Assembly (NCBI GenBank): GCA_016839555.1
Contig: JAEOUA010000007.1
Location: forward strand, 32,001 to 96,000
DNA length: 64,000 nucleotides
Origin: Promethearchaeota archaeon
GTDB taxonomy: Archaea; Asgardarchaeota; Lokiarchaeia; Sigyniarchaeales; SOKP01
Direction: 5' to 3'
Made by a program: the position numbers and the translations under genes. A model generated the notes under the pieces. That model saw only the letters and a program-made list of their open reading frames with translations, ran no database searches and had not been told where the DNA came from. Shown here one piece after another: positions 30,893 to 42,188 of this stretch. Positions within the stretch are counted from its first letter, which is position 1. Every line of letters begins with the position of its first letter.

Positions 30893-32929
30893 TTATTTAA
30901 AAAGCTTTTGAAGGTTTTCGTTTAAAGCCCCTTCCAGAGTTTTCATAGCATCGATCATTTCATATTGAATTTTATCCCATGATTGTTCGTTTTTTAACCC
31001 CTTTCCGGCAATTTTATATTCAATACATTGATAATCCCTATTTTTTTCGATATTCCAGGTTAAATCTTTTGATAAACTCCAGCCGATTTCGTTAAATCTC
31101 TTTTCTATTTCTTTTTTATACAATTTTAATGTTTCAATTCTCTGAGTATTGAGTGATGCATTTTTATCAATGAAATATAAAGCAACACCACTCCAAGTTT
31201 CATTTATTAAGTATCTATATTCAATATTATCAAAATTCGTAGGATAAGCGAGCCACGGATATTTTGTGATTTTTATATCGCTTTGTTCGGGATAAGTGTC
31301 ATATATCTTATTTACCAACTCAATCCAAAAATCGATTCTAATTTTCTGGGCATTAGTTAATGTTTTATCAACTTTTTTCATTCTTTTAGCTAGGGAAGTT
31401 TCAGGAGGCTTTACAGAAATTTTAAATCTTGGAAAGGGAGGATATTCCTTATATTTTAATACTTCCAGTTCAATCAAATAAAATAAAACATTATAATTAA
31501 TATTTTTATTAAGCCATCGAATGGTTTTTTGATATTCCTGTAATGCTTCTTCACAAACCCATATTATAGTGGTAAATTCGCTCTTTATTAATTTAGAAAT
31601 GAGAATGCCTAAATGATAATAATCTGTTTGATTAAATTGAGGTAATATTAGAGCTTTTTCTCCGATTTCATCAATTAGAATTAAATCTTTTGAATACCGT
31701 TTCTTTTCTGATTTTTTAAGTTCTAAGTGTACATCTAATATTTCATTTAATGATTCCAGATTTTTTTTTATCCAAGGAGATAAATCCCTTTCGATGTTTT
31801 CCCACACTTTATTAATAGGTAATTTTATATAATCCTTTTCTTCCAAGATAATTTCTGGTATTTGGCTTTTACTGCCGATTTTTAGCGAATCTGATGTTTT
31901 AGAAATGATTTTATACACTTCTTCCGCTTTCATAAACCTCTGGATTAATTGTAAAGCTAACATTTTAAAAGCTTCATTAATATTCTCACCGGTTTTTGCG
32001 GACGACTCTATATATGAAAGCCCTATTTCTTCTGCCAATGCTTTTCCTTCAGCACTGGAGACTACTCTTTCGTCTTTTAAATCTATTTTATTTCCAACTA
32101 AAATTAAAAAAATATCAGGAGGTGCTGATTCTGTAATTTCTTGATACCAATTTTTAATATTATCAAACGAATTTCGATCGGTTACATCAAAAACTAAAAT
32201 TCCCGCACCAGAATTAGCAAGATAAGATGGTCTGATCCTCTTGAATTGAGGTTGTCCTGCGAGATCCCATATCATAAATCGAACTGTTGAATCTAAACCC
32301 TCAAATTTACATTCTTTTTTAGAAATTGAAGTACCTATCGTAGCTTTATAATCTTTCTGAAAAGTACCTTCTGTAAATCGTTTTACAATACTGGTCTTTC
32401 CGACTGCGCCATCTCCTCCAAGAATGAGTTTATATACGTTTTCCTTTGAATGGAACCTGATTTTTTGAAGAGTTAACACTTTTCGTTCAATTTTTTGTAA
32501 GTTTTTATCAACGATAATTTTTGGAATTACAGGGCTTACATCCTCCCCCTCAAAAATTCGTGCAATTTTTTCGGCAGCAAGATAGGAATAAGCAAAATAT
32601 GGATCAATCATCGCCAAGGCATCTAATACACTTACTAGAATTAATTCTTGACCCGCTTCGCAAAAAATGAATCGGTATTTATCGGTATCGAACGTACCTG
32701 CTCCGAAAGTGCCTAAATCAAAATCTTTGGTAATTTTTTTTAAAATTGTTTCTACTAATGCTCCGAAAGCTCCAATAAACTTCTCTTCCACTCGCTTTTC
32801 AGAACTTTTTGATATAGCATCGATTAATAAGCCGTCTCTATCAACAATTAATGCGGCGATTAAATCATTCCCTACTTCTTGCTTATACCATTCAAGAAGG
32901 GCTCTTAATCTCTGGCGATCAAAATACAA
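30893..32929 (-). CDS. Roadblock/LC7 + Rab-like small GTPase + DUF4268-like fusion protein
   Basis: N-terminal AALIVDRDGL; G-motifs GDGAVGKT, WDLAGQ, NKID, SAK; C-terminal nuclease-associated-like region. Confidence 0.85.
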   Translation of the reverse strand: MYFDRQRLRALLEWYKQEVGNDLIAALIVDRDGLLIDAISKSSEKRVEEKFIGAFGALVETILKKITKDFDLGTFGAGTFDTDKYRFIFCEAGQELILVSVLDALAMIDPYFAYSYLAAEKIARIFEGEDVSPVIPKIIVDKNLQKIERKVLTLQKIRFHSKENVYKLILGGDGAVGKTSIVKRFTEGTFQKDYKATIGTSISKKECKFEGLDSTVRFMIWDLAGQPQFKRIRPSYLANSGAGILVFDVTDRNSFDNIKNWYQEITESAPPDIFLILVGNKIDLKDERVVSSAEGKALAEEIGLSYIESSAKTGENINEAFKMLALQLIQRFMKAEEVYKIISKTSDSLKIGSKSQIPEIILEEKDYIKLPINKVWENIERDLSPWIKKNLESLNEILDVHLELKKSEKKRYSKDLILIDEIGEKALILPQFNQTDYYHLGILISKLIKSEFTTIIWVCEEALQEYQKTIRWLNKNINYNVLFYLIELEVLKYKEYPPFPRFKISVKPPETSLAKRMKKVDKTLTNAQKIRIDFWIELVNKIYDTYPEQSDIKITKYPWLAYPTNFDNIEYRYLINETWSGVALYFIDKNASLNTQRIETLKLYKKEIEKRFNEIGWSLSKDLTWNIEKNRDYQCIEYKIAGKGLKNEQSWDKIQYEMIDAMKTLEGALNENLQKLFK

Positions 32930-33075
32930 AGCTAAAAACTTCTTTATAATTATTTATATTAATTTTGGATATATATATGAATAAATAAAGTGAATTTTTT
33001 TAAAATTTTTTTAATATAATACAATAATTCAAAAATTAACAATTCTAAATTAACTTAGTTATAAATGAATTATGA

Positions 33076-33507
33076 ATGTTCATAAATAATTATACCATGT
33101 TAGATATAATTTTAATCCAACATATGATATCCGGATTAAATATTCTAGAATATCGTTTGAAGCATACAAAATTAGATGAAAAGCATTCAGACATTTTTAG
33201 TGGGTTCCTATCTGCCATACAAAATATTACAAAAGAATTAAATATCGGTTCAGTTATATTAATCTCTACGCAAGGAGAAAAGGGTCATAATTGTATAATA
33301 ATCAATAGGGATCCAATAAGAGTGATTTTGTTGGTTGATGAGACAGATCCAATTAGTGTTTGGCGAGAAACTGGTGAACTCATAGTAGAAAAATTTTTGA
33401 AAATGTACGCTCATACTAAAGATTATAATGAAATTACACAATTTGAAAGTTTTAAACCAATTTTACAAAATATTTGTAAAAATACCACTTATTGTGGAGA
33501 AACATAA
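33076..33507 (+). CDS. Longin/roadblock-like protein
   Basis: SGLNIL...DIFSGFLSAIQNITKEL pattern of Asgard longin-type domains. Confidence 0.6.
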   Translation: MFINNYTMLDIILIQHMISGLNILEYRLKHTKLDEKHSDIFSGFLSAIQNITKELNIGSVILISTQGEKGHNCIIINRDPIRVILLVDETDPISVWRETGELIVEKFLKMYAHTKDYNEITQFESFKPILQNICKNTTYCGET

Positions 33508-33521
33508 AGATATTAGGTATT

Positions 33522-34976
33522 TTATTCAGTTTTTTTTTTCTTTTTCATAATTTCAAAATTTCTAGAAATTTTAGGTAAAAGAGGAATAACTTCCAATGGG
33601 TCTCCAAATACGGGTATTTTTTTTTCATTTAATTTTCTTACTATTCTAATCCTATCCTCGGGACAATTAACCCGCTGAATGATTGGGATTAAAGGTTTAT
33701 GATATTTATGCCCCAAACCAAATGCTTTTATGATTATAGGTTCAAAATATCTATCCTTCCTAAAAAGATAATCCGTATTAAAAAACCATGCGGGCAAATC
33801 TATAATTAATCCATCAATTTCTTTATCATATAGTGCTATATCAATTATATTATAAATTGATTCAGTATTATATATCTGTGCTGCTACATCTAAAGGATTA
33901 TTTGAGCTGGTACCTGAAGTAAAAATCTCCTTTTCAAGTTTAATCTGTGTTGCTTTACTAAATGGGGGCACATGTAATCCAAATTTTTCAATTAAATCTA
34001 CTAAAATAACTCCATATCCTCCACTGCAACTAAGAACTGCAATATTCTTAATGTTAAAAGTTCCATAGCATTTAATTAATCGTGCCACGTTTAATAATTG
34101 TTCTATAGATTCAACTTCAATAACGCCATATTGCTTGAAAAGGGTCTCCCATATCTTTTTTTCTCCCGTCATTGTCCCCGTATGCGTTTTAGCTGCCACA
34201 GAACCTATTCCCGATTTGCCCCCTTTTACGACGACAATTGGTTTATCATTGAGTTCTAACGCTTTCTGTAAGGCTTTTCCTCGTCCTTTAGAGATGCCCT
34301 CAATATATCCTAAAATTATATCTGTTTCAGGATCCTTGCTTAAAAAATAAATTAAATCGACAAAATCAATATCTACACCATTTCCAAATGAAAAAACCTT
34401 AGAAAAATTAAATCCCAATTCTTGAGAGGAATAAATAGCAATATTACAAATTCCACCTGATTGTGCAATAAACCCAACGTTTCCAGGAAAATTTGGAAAT
34501 TTGGGTCGCCAAGCGATTCCTAATTTTGGATAAAATAATCCCATTCCATTGGGTCCCAAAATTCTAAGCTTATTTTTAGCATGTTCAATTAATTTCTTTT
34601 CTAATTCTATTCCTTCCTTTGTACCTGCATCGGAAAATTCTGCTGTGAAGATACTTGCCAATCTTACACCCTTCTCTACACAATCATCAATCACTTCAAT
34701 TATCTTAGTTGGGGGAACTGCTATAAACACAAAATCGACATTTCCAGGCACATTTTTAACTGAGGAGTAGATTTTGCCTTCCGTTCCATCATCAAATCTG
34801 GGTATTTTTTGTATTTTTGGATTTATAGCATATAAATCACCTTGAAAGTGTTCCTGATGATTTCTTAGAAAAAAGAAATCCCGATTTTCTGATGTACCAA
34901 TTACCGCCATCGATTTAATGTTATTTATGAAAGAAAGGTCTTTAAATGTATTACTTCGATTTTTCTCAGTCATCAA
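33522..34976 (-). CDS. ADP-forming acyl-CoA synthetase alpha-type, CoA-binding protein
   Basis: RILGPNGMG, AQSGG, SFGN, HTG, NPLD. Confidence 0.88.
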   Translation of the reverse strand: MMTEKNRSNTFKDLSFINNIKSMAVIGTSENRDFFFLRNHQEHFQGDLYAINPKIQKIPRFDDGTEGKIYSSVKNVPGNVDFVFIAVPPTKIIEVIDDCVEKGVRLASIFTAEFSDAGTKEGIELEKKLIEHAKNKLRILGPNGMGLFYPKLGIAWRPKFPNFPGNVGFIAQSGGICNIAIYSSQELGFNFSKVFSFGNGVDIDFVDLIYFLSKDPETDIILGYIEGISKGRGKALQKALELNDKPIVVVKGGKSGIGSVAAKTHTGTMTGEKKIWETLFKQYGVIEVESIEQLLNVARLIKCYGTFNIKNIAVLSCSGGYGVILVDLIEKFGLHVPPFSKATQIKLEKEIFTSGTSSNNPLDVAAQIYNTESIYNIIDIALYDKEIDGLIIDLPAWFFNTDYLFRKDRYFEPIIIKAFGLGHKYHKPLIPIIQRVNCPEDRIRIVRKLNEKKIPVFGDPLEVIPLLPKISRNFEIMKKKKKTE

Positions 34977-35020
34977 AAACGAAAATTTAATTTTAAACTT
35001 AAATTTTACTTTTAAATGAT

Positions 35021-35935
35021 ATGAATTCTATAATAAAACAGAAACTAAAAGATTTAAAAGAAGATAATTCCTCTGGAGCCCGTGAATTAATAGATAAATC
35101 AATTAAAATTATAAAAGTCTTTTTAGATACTATCTCTAATGAAAAAAAAGAGATATATAAGGAATTTATAGAGTTAGCAATAGAAATTATCCATTCTCGT
35201 CCCAGTATGGCACCGTTAATTAATTCAATGGGATTTCTAATAGGAGATATGAAAATTATTAATAAAAAAAATCTCTTAGAACGCATAAAACAGTTTTTTA
35301 ATTATCGAGAAAATCAAATGAAATCTTTAAAGAATCATTTTAAGACACTTTTTAATAATTTATATAAGCCCTCTTTAAATATCATGTTAATATCTCATAG
35401 TTCTACCATTAATACTTTATTTTCATCTTATAAAGACAGTGATTTGGTTTTTTATGTGTTAGAATCCCGTCCTCTTCTAGAAGGGCGAAAAACAGCAGAA
35501 TTGTTTTCTCAAGATTTTGAAACTCATTTAATAGTTGACGCCGCGATTGGTAAATTTATGAAAAAGATCAATGTGGTATTTGTGGGCATCGATAGTATAT
35601 TAAAAAATGGGTCTATTGTAAATAAAATTGGGACGTATCCATTAGCTGTGCTCTCGAAAATTAATGATAAAGAATTTTACGCTATTGGTGATTCTTTTAA
35701 ATATAATTTAAGAAGCCATTTCGTTCAAAAAATTGTTATTGAAAAAAAGCCCGTTAAAGAGGTCTATGATAATCAAATTAGCGAAAATCTTAGTGTTAAT
35801 AATTATTATTTTGATATTACCCCCTCTGATTATATTAGTAAAATTATTTCGGATTTAGGTATATTAAAACCTCTTCAATTTATTAATAAAATCACAACCT
35901 ATCTTCCAATAGACTGGTTTAAAGCCTTTTTTTAA
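35021..35935 (+). CDS. eIF-2B alpha/beta/delta family protein
   Basis: RPSMAPL, ESRPLLEG, VGIDSI, NKIGTYPLA, YFDITP. Confidence 0.85.
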   Translation: MNSIIKQKLKDLKEDNSSGARELIDKSIKIIKVFLDTISNEKKEIYKEFIELAIEIIHSRPSMAPLINSMGFLIGDMKIINKKNLLERIKQFFNYRENQMKSLKNHFKTLFNNLYKPSLNIMLISHSSTINTLFSSYKDSDLVFYVLESRPLLEGRKTAELFSQDFETHLIVDAAIGKFMKKINVVFVGIDSILKNGSIVNKIGTYPLAVLSKINDKEFYAIGDSFKYNLRSHFVQKIVIEKKPVKEVYDNQISENLSVNNYYFDITPSDYISKIISDLGILKPLQFINKITTYLPIDWFKAFF

Positions 35936-36069
35936 AAAATAAAATGCTTTATGGTCGTTAAAGAGTTATTTGATCTCAGAATTTTTAGCTCTTTTTAAAA
36001 TATTAAAGAAATCTATTTTTACTATTTAGATTTATTCAATACAACTCAATTATAATTCTGGTTTTCTAA

Positions 36070-36591
36070 ATGAGTCAACAAGATAAAAAAATTGAGAAAA
36101 GATCGGAAAGAATGATTAAACTATTTAAATCATTTAAGGGTAGACCTATTTCAGAACATCCAGGCCCAATTCCTCCCTTCTCAAGATGGTTAAATGGAAA
36201 AATAATAAGCGTTAAAAGGGGAGATATTGTGGTAGAATATGAACTCCGTCCCGAAATGGCTAATCCAACCGGATTACTTCACGGAGGAATGCAAGCAGCT
36301 TTAATTGATGATACTATAGGGATGTGTACCGTTACGCTTGGTTATCAGGGTTTTTTAATCACGATTGATAATCAGATTAATTATTTGGATAAAGTTAAGG
36401 TGGATGAGTCTGTAAGAGTAAAAGCAAGTATGGTCAGAGAAGGAAGAAATATTGTGCATTATTATACTCAAATTTCTGATTTAAACGGAAAATTAATCGC
36501 TACGGGCAATACTAATCTTTTAAAAACAAAGTTTACCCCAGAATATGTAAAAGCTGTTGATAATGCTAAAGAGTTTAATATCCCGGAATAA
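36070..36591 (+). CDS. PaaI-family thioesterase
   Basis: NPTGLLHGG..AALID. Confidence 0.9.
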   Translation: MSQQDKKIEKRSERMIKLFKSFKGRPISEHPGPIPPFSRWLNGKIISVKRGDIVVEYELRPEMANPTGLLHGGMQAALIDDTIGMCTVTLGYQGFLITIDNQINYLDKVKVDESVRVKASMVREGRNIVHYYTQISDLNGKLIATGNTNLLKTKFTPEYVKAVDNAKEFNIPE

Positions 36592-36745
36592 ATGAGAAGA
36601 AATCTCTCTTTTGCTTAGTCTTTTTGCTTTTTATTTTTCTTCTTTCATTTAATATTTTTCAATTATTAACAATCTTTTATTATTACAATGGAATATATAA
36701 TATAAATAGAAGATTGAAAATATCAATTTTGATGAGCTCATTAGA

Positions 36746-37831
36746 ATGAAGACTGAGCATATACTTTATTTTAAAAATTCCAATGAAATGAAGGAAATAA
36801 ATTCAAATACTATCGATTTAATCGTTACATCTCCACCTTATCCTATGATAGAGATGTGGGATGAGATCTTTATTTCAGCAAATCATAAAATTAAAGAATA
36901 TATTAAAAATGGAAAAGGATTTAAAGCATTCCAATTAATGCATGAGGAATTAAATAATACGTGGAGAGAATGTTTTCGGGTATTAAATGAGGGAGGCCTT
37001 ATATGCATTAATATTGGTGATGCTACAAGAAAAGTGGGAAATAGCTTTCAATTATATCCAAACCATGTTAAAATTACTAGCTTTTTTCAAAATTACGATT
37101 GTTTAATATTACCAATAATTTTATGGAGAAAACCAACCAACAGTCCAACTAAATTCATGGGTTCAGGGATGCTACCTACAAATGCCTATGTAACTCTCGA
37201 GCATGAATATATTTTGATTTTTAGAAAAGGTAAAAAGAATAGAAGATTTAAGCCAAAATCGGAGAAAAGATATAATAGCGCCTATTTTTGGGAGGAAAGG
37301 AATAAATGGTTTTCTGATGAATGGTCGGATATAATAGGAAAGTCCCAGTCATTAGAAAATTATTCAGATTTAAGAGAACGATCTGCAGCATTCCCACTTG
37401 AAATTCCTTATCGAATGATAAATATGTTTTCCATTTATGGAGATTATGTGTTGGATCCGTTTTGGGGTACTGGAACAACAACTCTTGCAGCAATGATATC
37501 GGCACGAAATTCATACGGATATGAAATTGACCCAGAGTTCTCTAAAGTATTCCAAAATAATGTTAAAAAAATAAAACCGTTAACAGATTCAACTAATAAA
37601 GAGCGCATAGCAACACATCTTAACTTTCTTAAAAGCTATATTAAGAATAAGCAAGTAAAATATACTTCAGTTCATTATAATTTCCCCGTGATAACTGCTC
37701 AAGAAAAAGACATTTTATTTTACTCGATAAAAGATATTAAAAAATTGGACAATATCTATAATTTAGAGCATGAAAAATTTTCATATAAGAAAAAATACGA
37801 TAAAGAAGTTCATTCATCTTTAATTAAATAA
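36746..37831 (+). CDS. Orphan DNA methyltransferase (N4/N6 amino-MTase, beta class)
   Basis: IVTSPPY precedes VLDPFWGTGTT; no restriction gene adjacent. Confidence 0.88.
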   Translation: MKTEHILYFKNSNEMKEINSNTIDLIVTSPPYPMIEMWDEIFISANHKIKEYIKNGKGFKAFQLMHEELNNTWRECFRVLNEGGLICINIGDATRKVGNSFQLYPNHVKITSFFQNYDCLILPIILWRKPTNSPTKFMGSGMLPTNAYVTLEHEYILIFRKGKKNRRFKPKSEKRYNSAYFWEERNKWFSDEWSDIIGKSQSLENYSDLRERSAAFPLEIPYRMINMFSIYGDYVLDPFWGTGTTTLAAMISARNSYGYEIDPEFSKVFQNNVKKIKPLTDSTNKERIATHLNFLKSYIKNKQVKYTSVHYNFPVITAQEKDILFYSIKDIKKLDNIYNLEHEKFSYKKKYDKEVHSSLIK

Positions 37832-37835
37832 AAAC

Positions 37836-38117
37836 TTAACCCCCCGATATAGGATAAGAAATGTATATCTTATCTCCATCCTGTACCTTTGTCTTAACAT
37901 TTTTTCCATTATTTACATTTTTGCCATTCAATAATACTACCATTTGAGGATTTAACTTTCTTTTTTTCTTATCCAAGAGATTATTATCCAATAGATTTTT
38001 GTATTCTTTTACAAATTTTTTGATAACCTCTTCAACCGTCTGACCCTCATAAAGCAAATTTTTTTTGTTTGTTCTAAGGGCAAAAATATTTAATAAGTTT
38101 AATTCAACCTCAGCCAT
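37836..38117 (-). CDS. MoaD/ThiS/SAMP ubiquitin-like protein
   Basis: LLNGKNV...DGDKI...PISGG with C-terminal di-glycine. Confidence 0.85.
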   Translation of the reverse strand: MAEVELNLLNIFALRTNKKNLLYEGQTVEEVIKKFVKEYKNLLDNNLLDKKKRKLNPQMVVLLNGKNVNNGKNVKTKVQDGDKIYISYPISGG

Positions 38118-38378
38118 CCTATGACTACTAAAATAAATTATAATTTAAGATTTGTTTTTATAATTCATTATCTTGGATAAATAAGAATTTATCTAATTGA
38201 AAAAACTAAATTTCCTCTAACTTCAGAAGGCTCAATGAATTTTAATGATTATTCAGAAAAAATACCTCACATATTTCTAAGAAATGTATTATCTTAAGGT
38301 AAAAAATTAATATTTTATTGAAAATTATAATATTGAAATATATCTATATTAGAAAATGATAATAATTTTTGATACAAT

Positions 38379-39383
38379 ATGTATGATCGCGAACAAATGG
38401 AAGAAATTTTAAAAGAAAACTGTGTTAATCTGCGCTTTCATGCTCGTGGAGGACAAGGAGGAGTCACAGCATCAAACTTATGCGTTGAAGCGTTTTATGG
38501 ATCTGGAATATGTCAACCTAGATTCGGTGCAGAACGAATGGGAAGTCCAACTGAAAGTTATGTACGATTAAGTCTTAATCAAGATTTGATAAGATCAAAT
38601 GAACAAGTATATGCCCCTCATTTTGTTTCTGTGTTAGATCCTTCATTACTCACAGAGGTGGATGTAACTGCGGGAGTTCATGAGGGAGGATGGTTAATAG
38701 TAAATACCACATTAAATCAACAGGATATTCAAGATCTTGTAGGTAGGAAAGATATTAATATCGCTACTATAGATGCTATTCGTATCGCCTTAGATGTTTT
38801 GGGGCGAAATATAACTAATACTATTATACTTGGCGCATTAATTAGAGTTTCTCAATTATTTAGTCTTGAAGAATTATCGGATGCCGTTATGAGAAGATTT
38901 AAAGATAGTATCGCAGCAAAAAATATTGAAGCGATTGAACAAGCAATTGAAGAGACTTGTGTGTATGATATTGGAATTGATATTGATTTTTCCCAAGATA
39001 CCAAAGTCGAATGGCAACAGGTAGAACTTGGCTTACCGGGTTATAAGGAAGTAGATAAAGCCGGAGTATGGTATTGCGATGAAGATGCCATTGAAGTGGG
39101 AAGTGATCAAGTTCATACGGGATCTTGGGGTGAATGGGACATAATATGGGATAAGGACACCTGTACTGATTGTGCTCAATGTTGGTTTATCTGCCCTGAT
39201 TTTGCAATTCTCAGAGAAAAAGGAGAGGATGGAAAATATCACATGGCAGGAATTGATAAAGATCATTGTAAATCGTGTCAGAATTGCTTAGAAATATGTC
39301 CTGTAAATGCAATTACAAAACAATTAAAACAAGGTCCAGCTTCATGTGCTGTACCTGAAGAAGAAGTCAAGGAGGCGAATTGA
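38379..39383 (+). CDS. porC: 2-oxoacid:ferredoxin oxidoreductase gamma-delta fusion
   Basis: RGGQGGVTAS, FGAERMGSP, NTIILGA; C-terminal CTDCAQCWFICP and CKSCQNCLEICP. Confidence 0.9.
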   Translation: MYDREQMEEILKENCVNLRFHARGGQGGVTASNLCVEAFYGSGICQPRFGAERMGSPTESYVRLSLNQDLIRSNEQVYAPHFVSVLDPSLLTEVDVTAGVHEGGWLIVNTTLNQQDIQDLVGRKDINIATIDAIRIALDVLGRNITNTIILGALIRVSQLFSLEELSDAVMRRFKDSIAAKNIEAIEQAIEETCVYDIGIDIDFSQDTKVEWQQVELGLPGYKEVDKAGVWYCDEDAIEVGSDQVHTGSWGEWDIIWDKDTCTDCAQCWFICPDFAILREKGEDGKYHMAGIDKDHCKSCQNCLEICPVNAITKQLKQGPASCAVPEEEVKEAN

Positions 39384-39791
39384 ATGAGTATAGAACCTAT
39401 GAAATCCAATTACACTAAGAAAAGTCAAAACCACTTCTCTTTTTCTAATCTCCTCATGAACAGTTCTTTTTTTCATCGAAACTAAAAATCATAAAACCGA
39501 AAAGAGAGTCACTATATTATAAAAATAAAGAAGCTTTTTTTAAAACAGTTTAACCAATTCTTTAAAAACAAAGAAACAATAAATATATAAATTATTCATT
39601 ATAAAGATACTTGCAGTACTCTTTTACCAAACTTTCTATTTGTTCTTTAGATACTCTTTAATAGTATTATTGCAAACAAAAAATTTAATCCTTTGCTTAG
39701 TACCAGATGTAATTTTATATGGTAAAGTTTTAAGAACATCATTAATGCACTTAATTTTTTCGTTTTTATTCATATTTTCTAACTACCGCTA

Positions 39792-39833
39792 TGTTCACAT
39801 AAATATCAACATTGTTCACATAAATATAAACTC
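39792..39833 (+). repeat. Left imperfect inverted repeat with two TGTTCACATAAAT units
   Basis: 35/42 match to the reverse complement of 42864-42905. Confidence 0.75.
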
Positions 39834-40143
39834 ACAAACCATCACATCTAACACAAAATTCTAAAAAAGCAATTCTAATTGTGATAATGGTGTGTTGGTG
39901 AAAGGAGACTTATTATCTTCTCTTGATGAATGGAACATAAATATAAGATATCTATTTTCTTAGCTTCTTTTTCATAGAAAAAAGAATCTTGATGATAAAT
40001 TAATGATATGTCTCCTTAAACATAAAAGTGCAAATAAAGCAGAAGGAGGGGTAAATCATCCGTTGGCTTCACATGTCTATTTTTTAATGAATGAATAAAC
40101 CGAATTTAATTCTCAATAAACAATAAAAAGGAGATATAAGAAG

Positions 40144-40293
40144 ATGAATAGCAACGAATTATATGAGCTATATTACAAGGAGGAAAATCTCGTAAAAGTA
40201 TTTGATACTGTTTTTAAAAGGCTAAACCTTAATGAAAGGATAATAAGCCAATTAGAGGAAGAGATCCATCAACTAAAGGAGAAATGCGGTTAG
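40144..40293 (+). CDS. 49-aa hypothetical coiled-coil protein
   Basis: MNSNELYELYYKEENL...QLKEKCG; AGGAG upstream. Confidence 0.4.
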   Translation: MNSNELYELYYKEENLVKVFDTVFKRLNLNERIISQLEEEIHQLKEKCG

Positions 40294-40686
40294 CAAAGAA
40301 TATCCAATATTCTGAAGATAATCGGAGAGAGAATGCTAGGGTGAATATAATGTTCTATTAAATATGGTTATATATATATTTAAAATCAGTGGTTTTTTAG
40401 ATATTAATACGTATCACTCTATTAAGGCTCTTTTCCTCTGATTTGTTTTATTCTTTTGAATAAAAAAATATTATTCTCTAAGAAAGATGCAATTAAAAAA
40501 GGAGATAAATAGATAAGGATTTCCTCCTCAGATTTAATATATCATATCAGATGAAAACATTTAAAGCTCGCAAGGAATATTTACATAAAGGAAGTTTTTT
40601 AATAAAATTTTATAATATAAATCTATTAATACTATAAAAATAAGCGATAAGAAACTTGAAAAGATTTATGATGAGACCGTATTCTT

Positions 40687-41745
40687 CTAATTCTTCGGAT
40701 TTAATATTTTTTTAAATAAGTCGTATCGCTTTAATGATTCCTCCTTAAAAAACAAAATATTCTGAAATGAATAGGACGGATTACCAATAGCGTGCTGTTT
40801 TTTGGCAAATTCGATGAGGAATTCTCTATATTGCTTAGCACAATCAAATATGGAAAGGCCCTCAGTCGGATCGACTATAGCTGCGAGTAACTGTTGATCA
40901 TTAGAGAAAGTCTTCCACCACTTTTTATAATGAAATTTTGAACCAAAGGCTTTCTCGGCATTTTCAAACATATAAGAACCTATGCTGGCCATGTACTTAT
41001 TTAACTTTAAAGTTATGCGATATTTTTCAGCTAAGGATTTTCCATTAAATCTCTTGTTGAAGAAAAAATACTTTTCTTCCCTTATAGTGCTCTTGTCTGT
41101 CCCAGGCAAACATATAAGATAATTGTATGTAATTGGTAAATCCAACTCATTTCCAATTTTAACTATACGTTTAAACGATTTTAAATAATTGTTTATTCCT
41201 GAATATATTTGTCCATCATTCTTACCTAAAATTTTCCCCATTCTATAGAGTAAGGTTTTCGAGCATGATTCAAGCCCAAAACTAGGAGTTATATCAAATT
41301 TTTTATAGTTTTTTAAATCCTCTTCAGAGCAAAAATCAACACGATCGCTGACTGTGATGTAAAATGACAAGCCCCCCTCCTTCTCGACCATTTTTCCCAA
41401 TTTTTTAAAAAATTTTCTCCGAGCGGACTTTTTAGGTAAGAATATCATATCTGAAATATACAATCGTGTGATTGGCAGCCAGTCTGTTTCCTTTATAGCT
41501 TTTAATTCCTTTATACACTTCTCTGACGATTTAACTCTAACTTTCCTATAACAATTCACAAAATTTAAAGAATTAATACAAAATTTGCATCTATAGTTAC
41601 ATCCTCTAGAAAAATCTATCCATAATTTATTATCATTTGTTAGGTTTTTTTCATATTTCTTAAAAAGATCAAAATTTATTATAGGTAATTCGTCAAGGTT
41701 TTGGATGATTATTCCGATTTTATAACAGAGGCAATTGAAATGGAA
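40687..41745 (-). pseudogene. 5'-truncated radical SAM protein (B12-binding class-like)
   Basis: Frame stays open upstream of the ORF-track start: NLDELP...FSRGCNYRCKFC (CxxxCxxC at 41601-41578); no start codon and no N-terminal domain. Confidence 0.75.
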
Positions 41746-41981
41746 TTAGATGTTGATTTAGATGTTGATTAAGATAGCGTGTTTTGGCGGGTAAAGAGAT
41801 TGGTTTGTATATGTTGAGTTTGCTGGAAAAATAGGGGGCTTTTTCTTTTTTTGCACGAAACAGCTAAAGGCGCAGCAAGGGGTCAGAGCAATGATGGGAT
41901 AGAAAATTGATCTTGATACAAGAAATAGTAAAATATTTACCATTTGCTGGATGATTGAGAGATGAAAAGGTGGGGTAAAAT

Positions 41982-42188
41982 ATGGTTGAAGACTTGATTG
42001 GGTTTAGGCTAGGGCGAATTAAAAGTTATATTGCCAAAATACTGGAACGGTGGAGCGAAACGGACGCTTCTGTATTCTTGAAAAAGGCAAAGGACGGTAC
42101 CTATTCTGAGGTGGAAAGTGACGCCGTTATGCTGAGACAGTTATTGCTCGATGAGAAGAGGCTAGAGAGGCTATGTGACACTCTTTAG
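41982..42188 (+). CDS. Small protein, probable orphan antitoxin
   Basis: 68-aa ORF in a locally GC-richer patch; no partner gene follows. Confidence 0.45.
   Translation: MVEDLIGFRLGRIKSYIAKILERWSETDASVFLKKAKDGTYSEVESDAVMLRQLLLDEKRLERLCDTL

Noticed and set aside
39792-39833. CRISPR array
   Set aside because: Only two short units with no spacer series and no cas genes.
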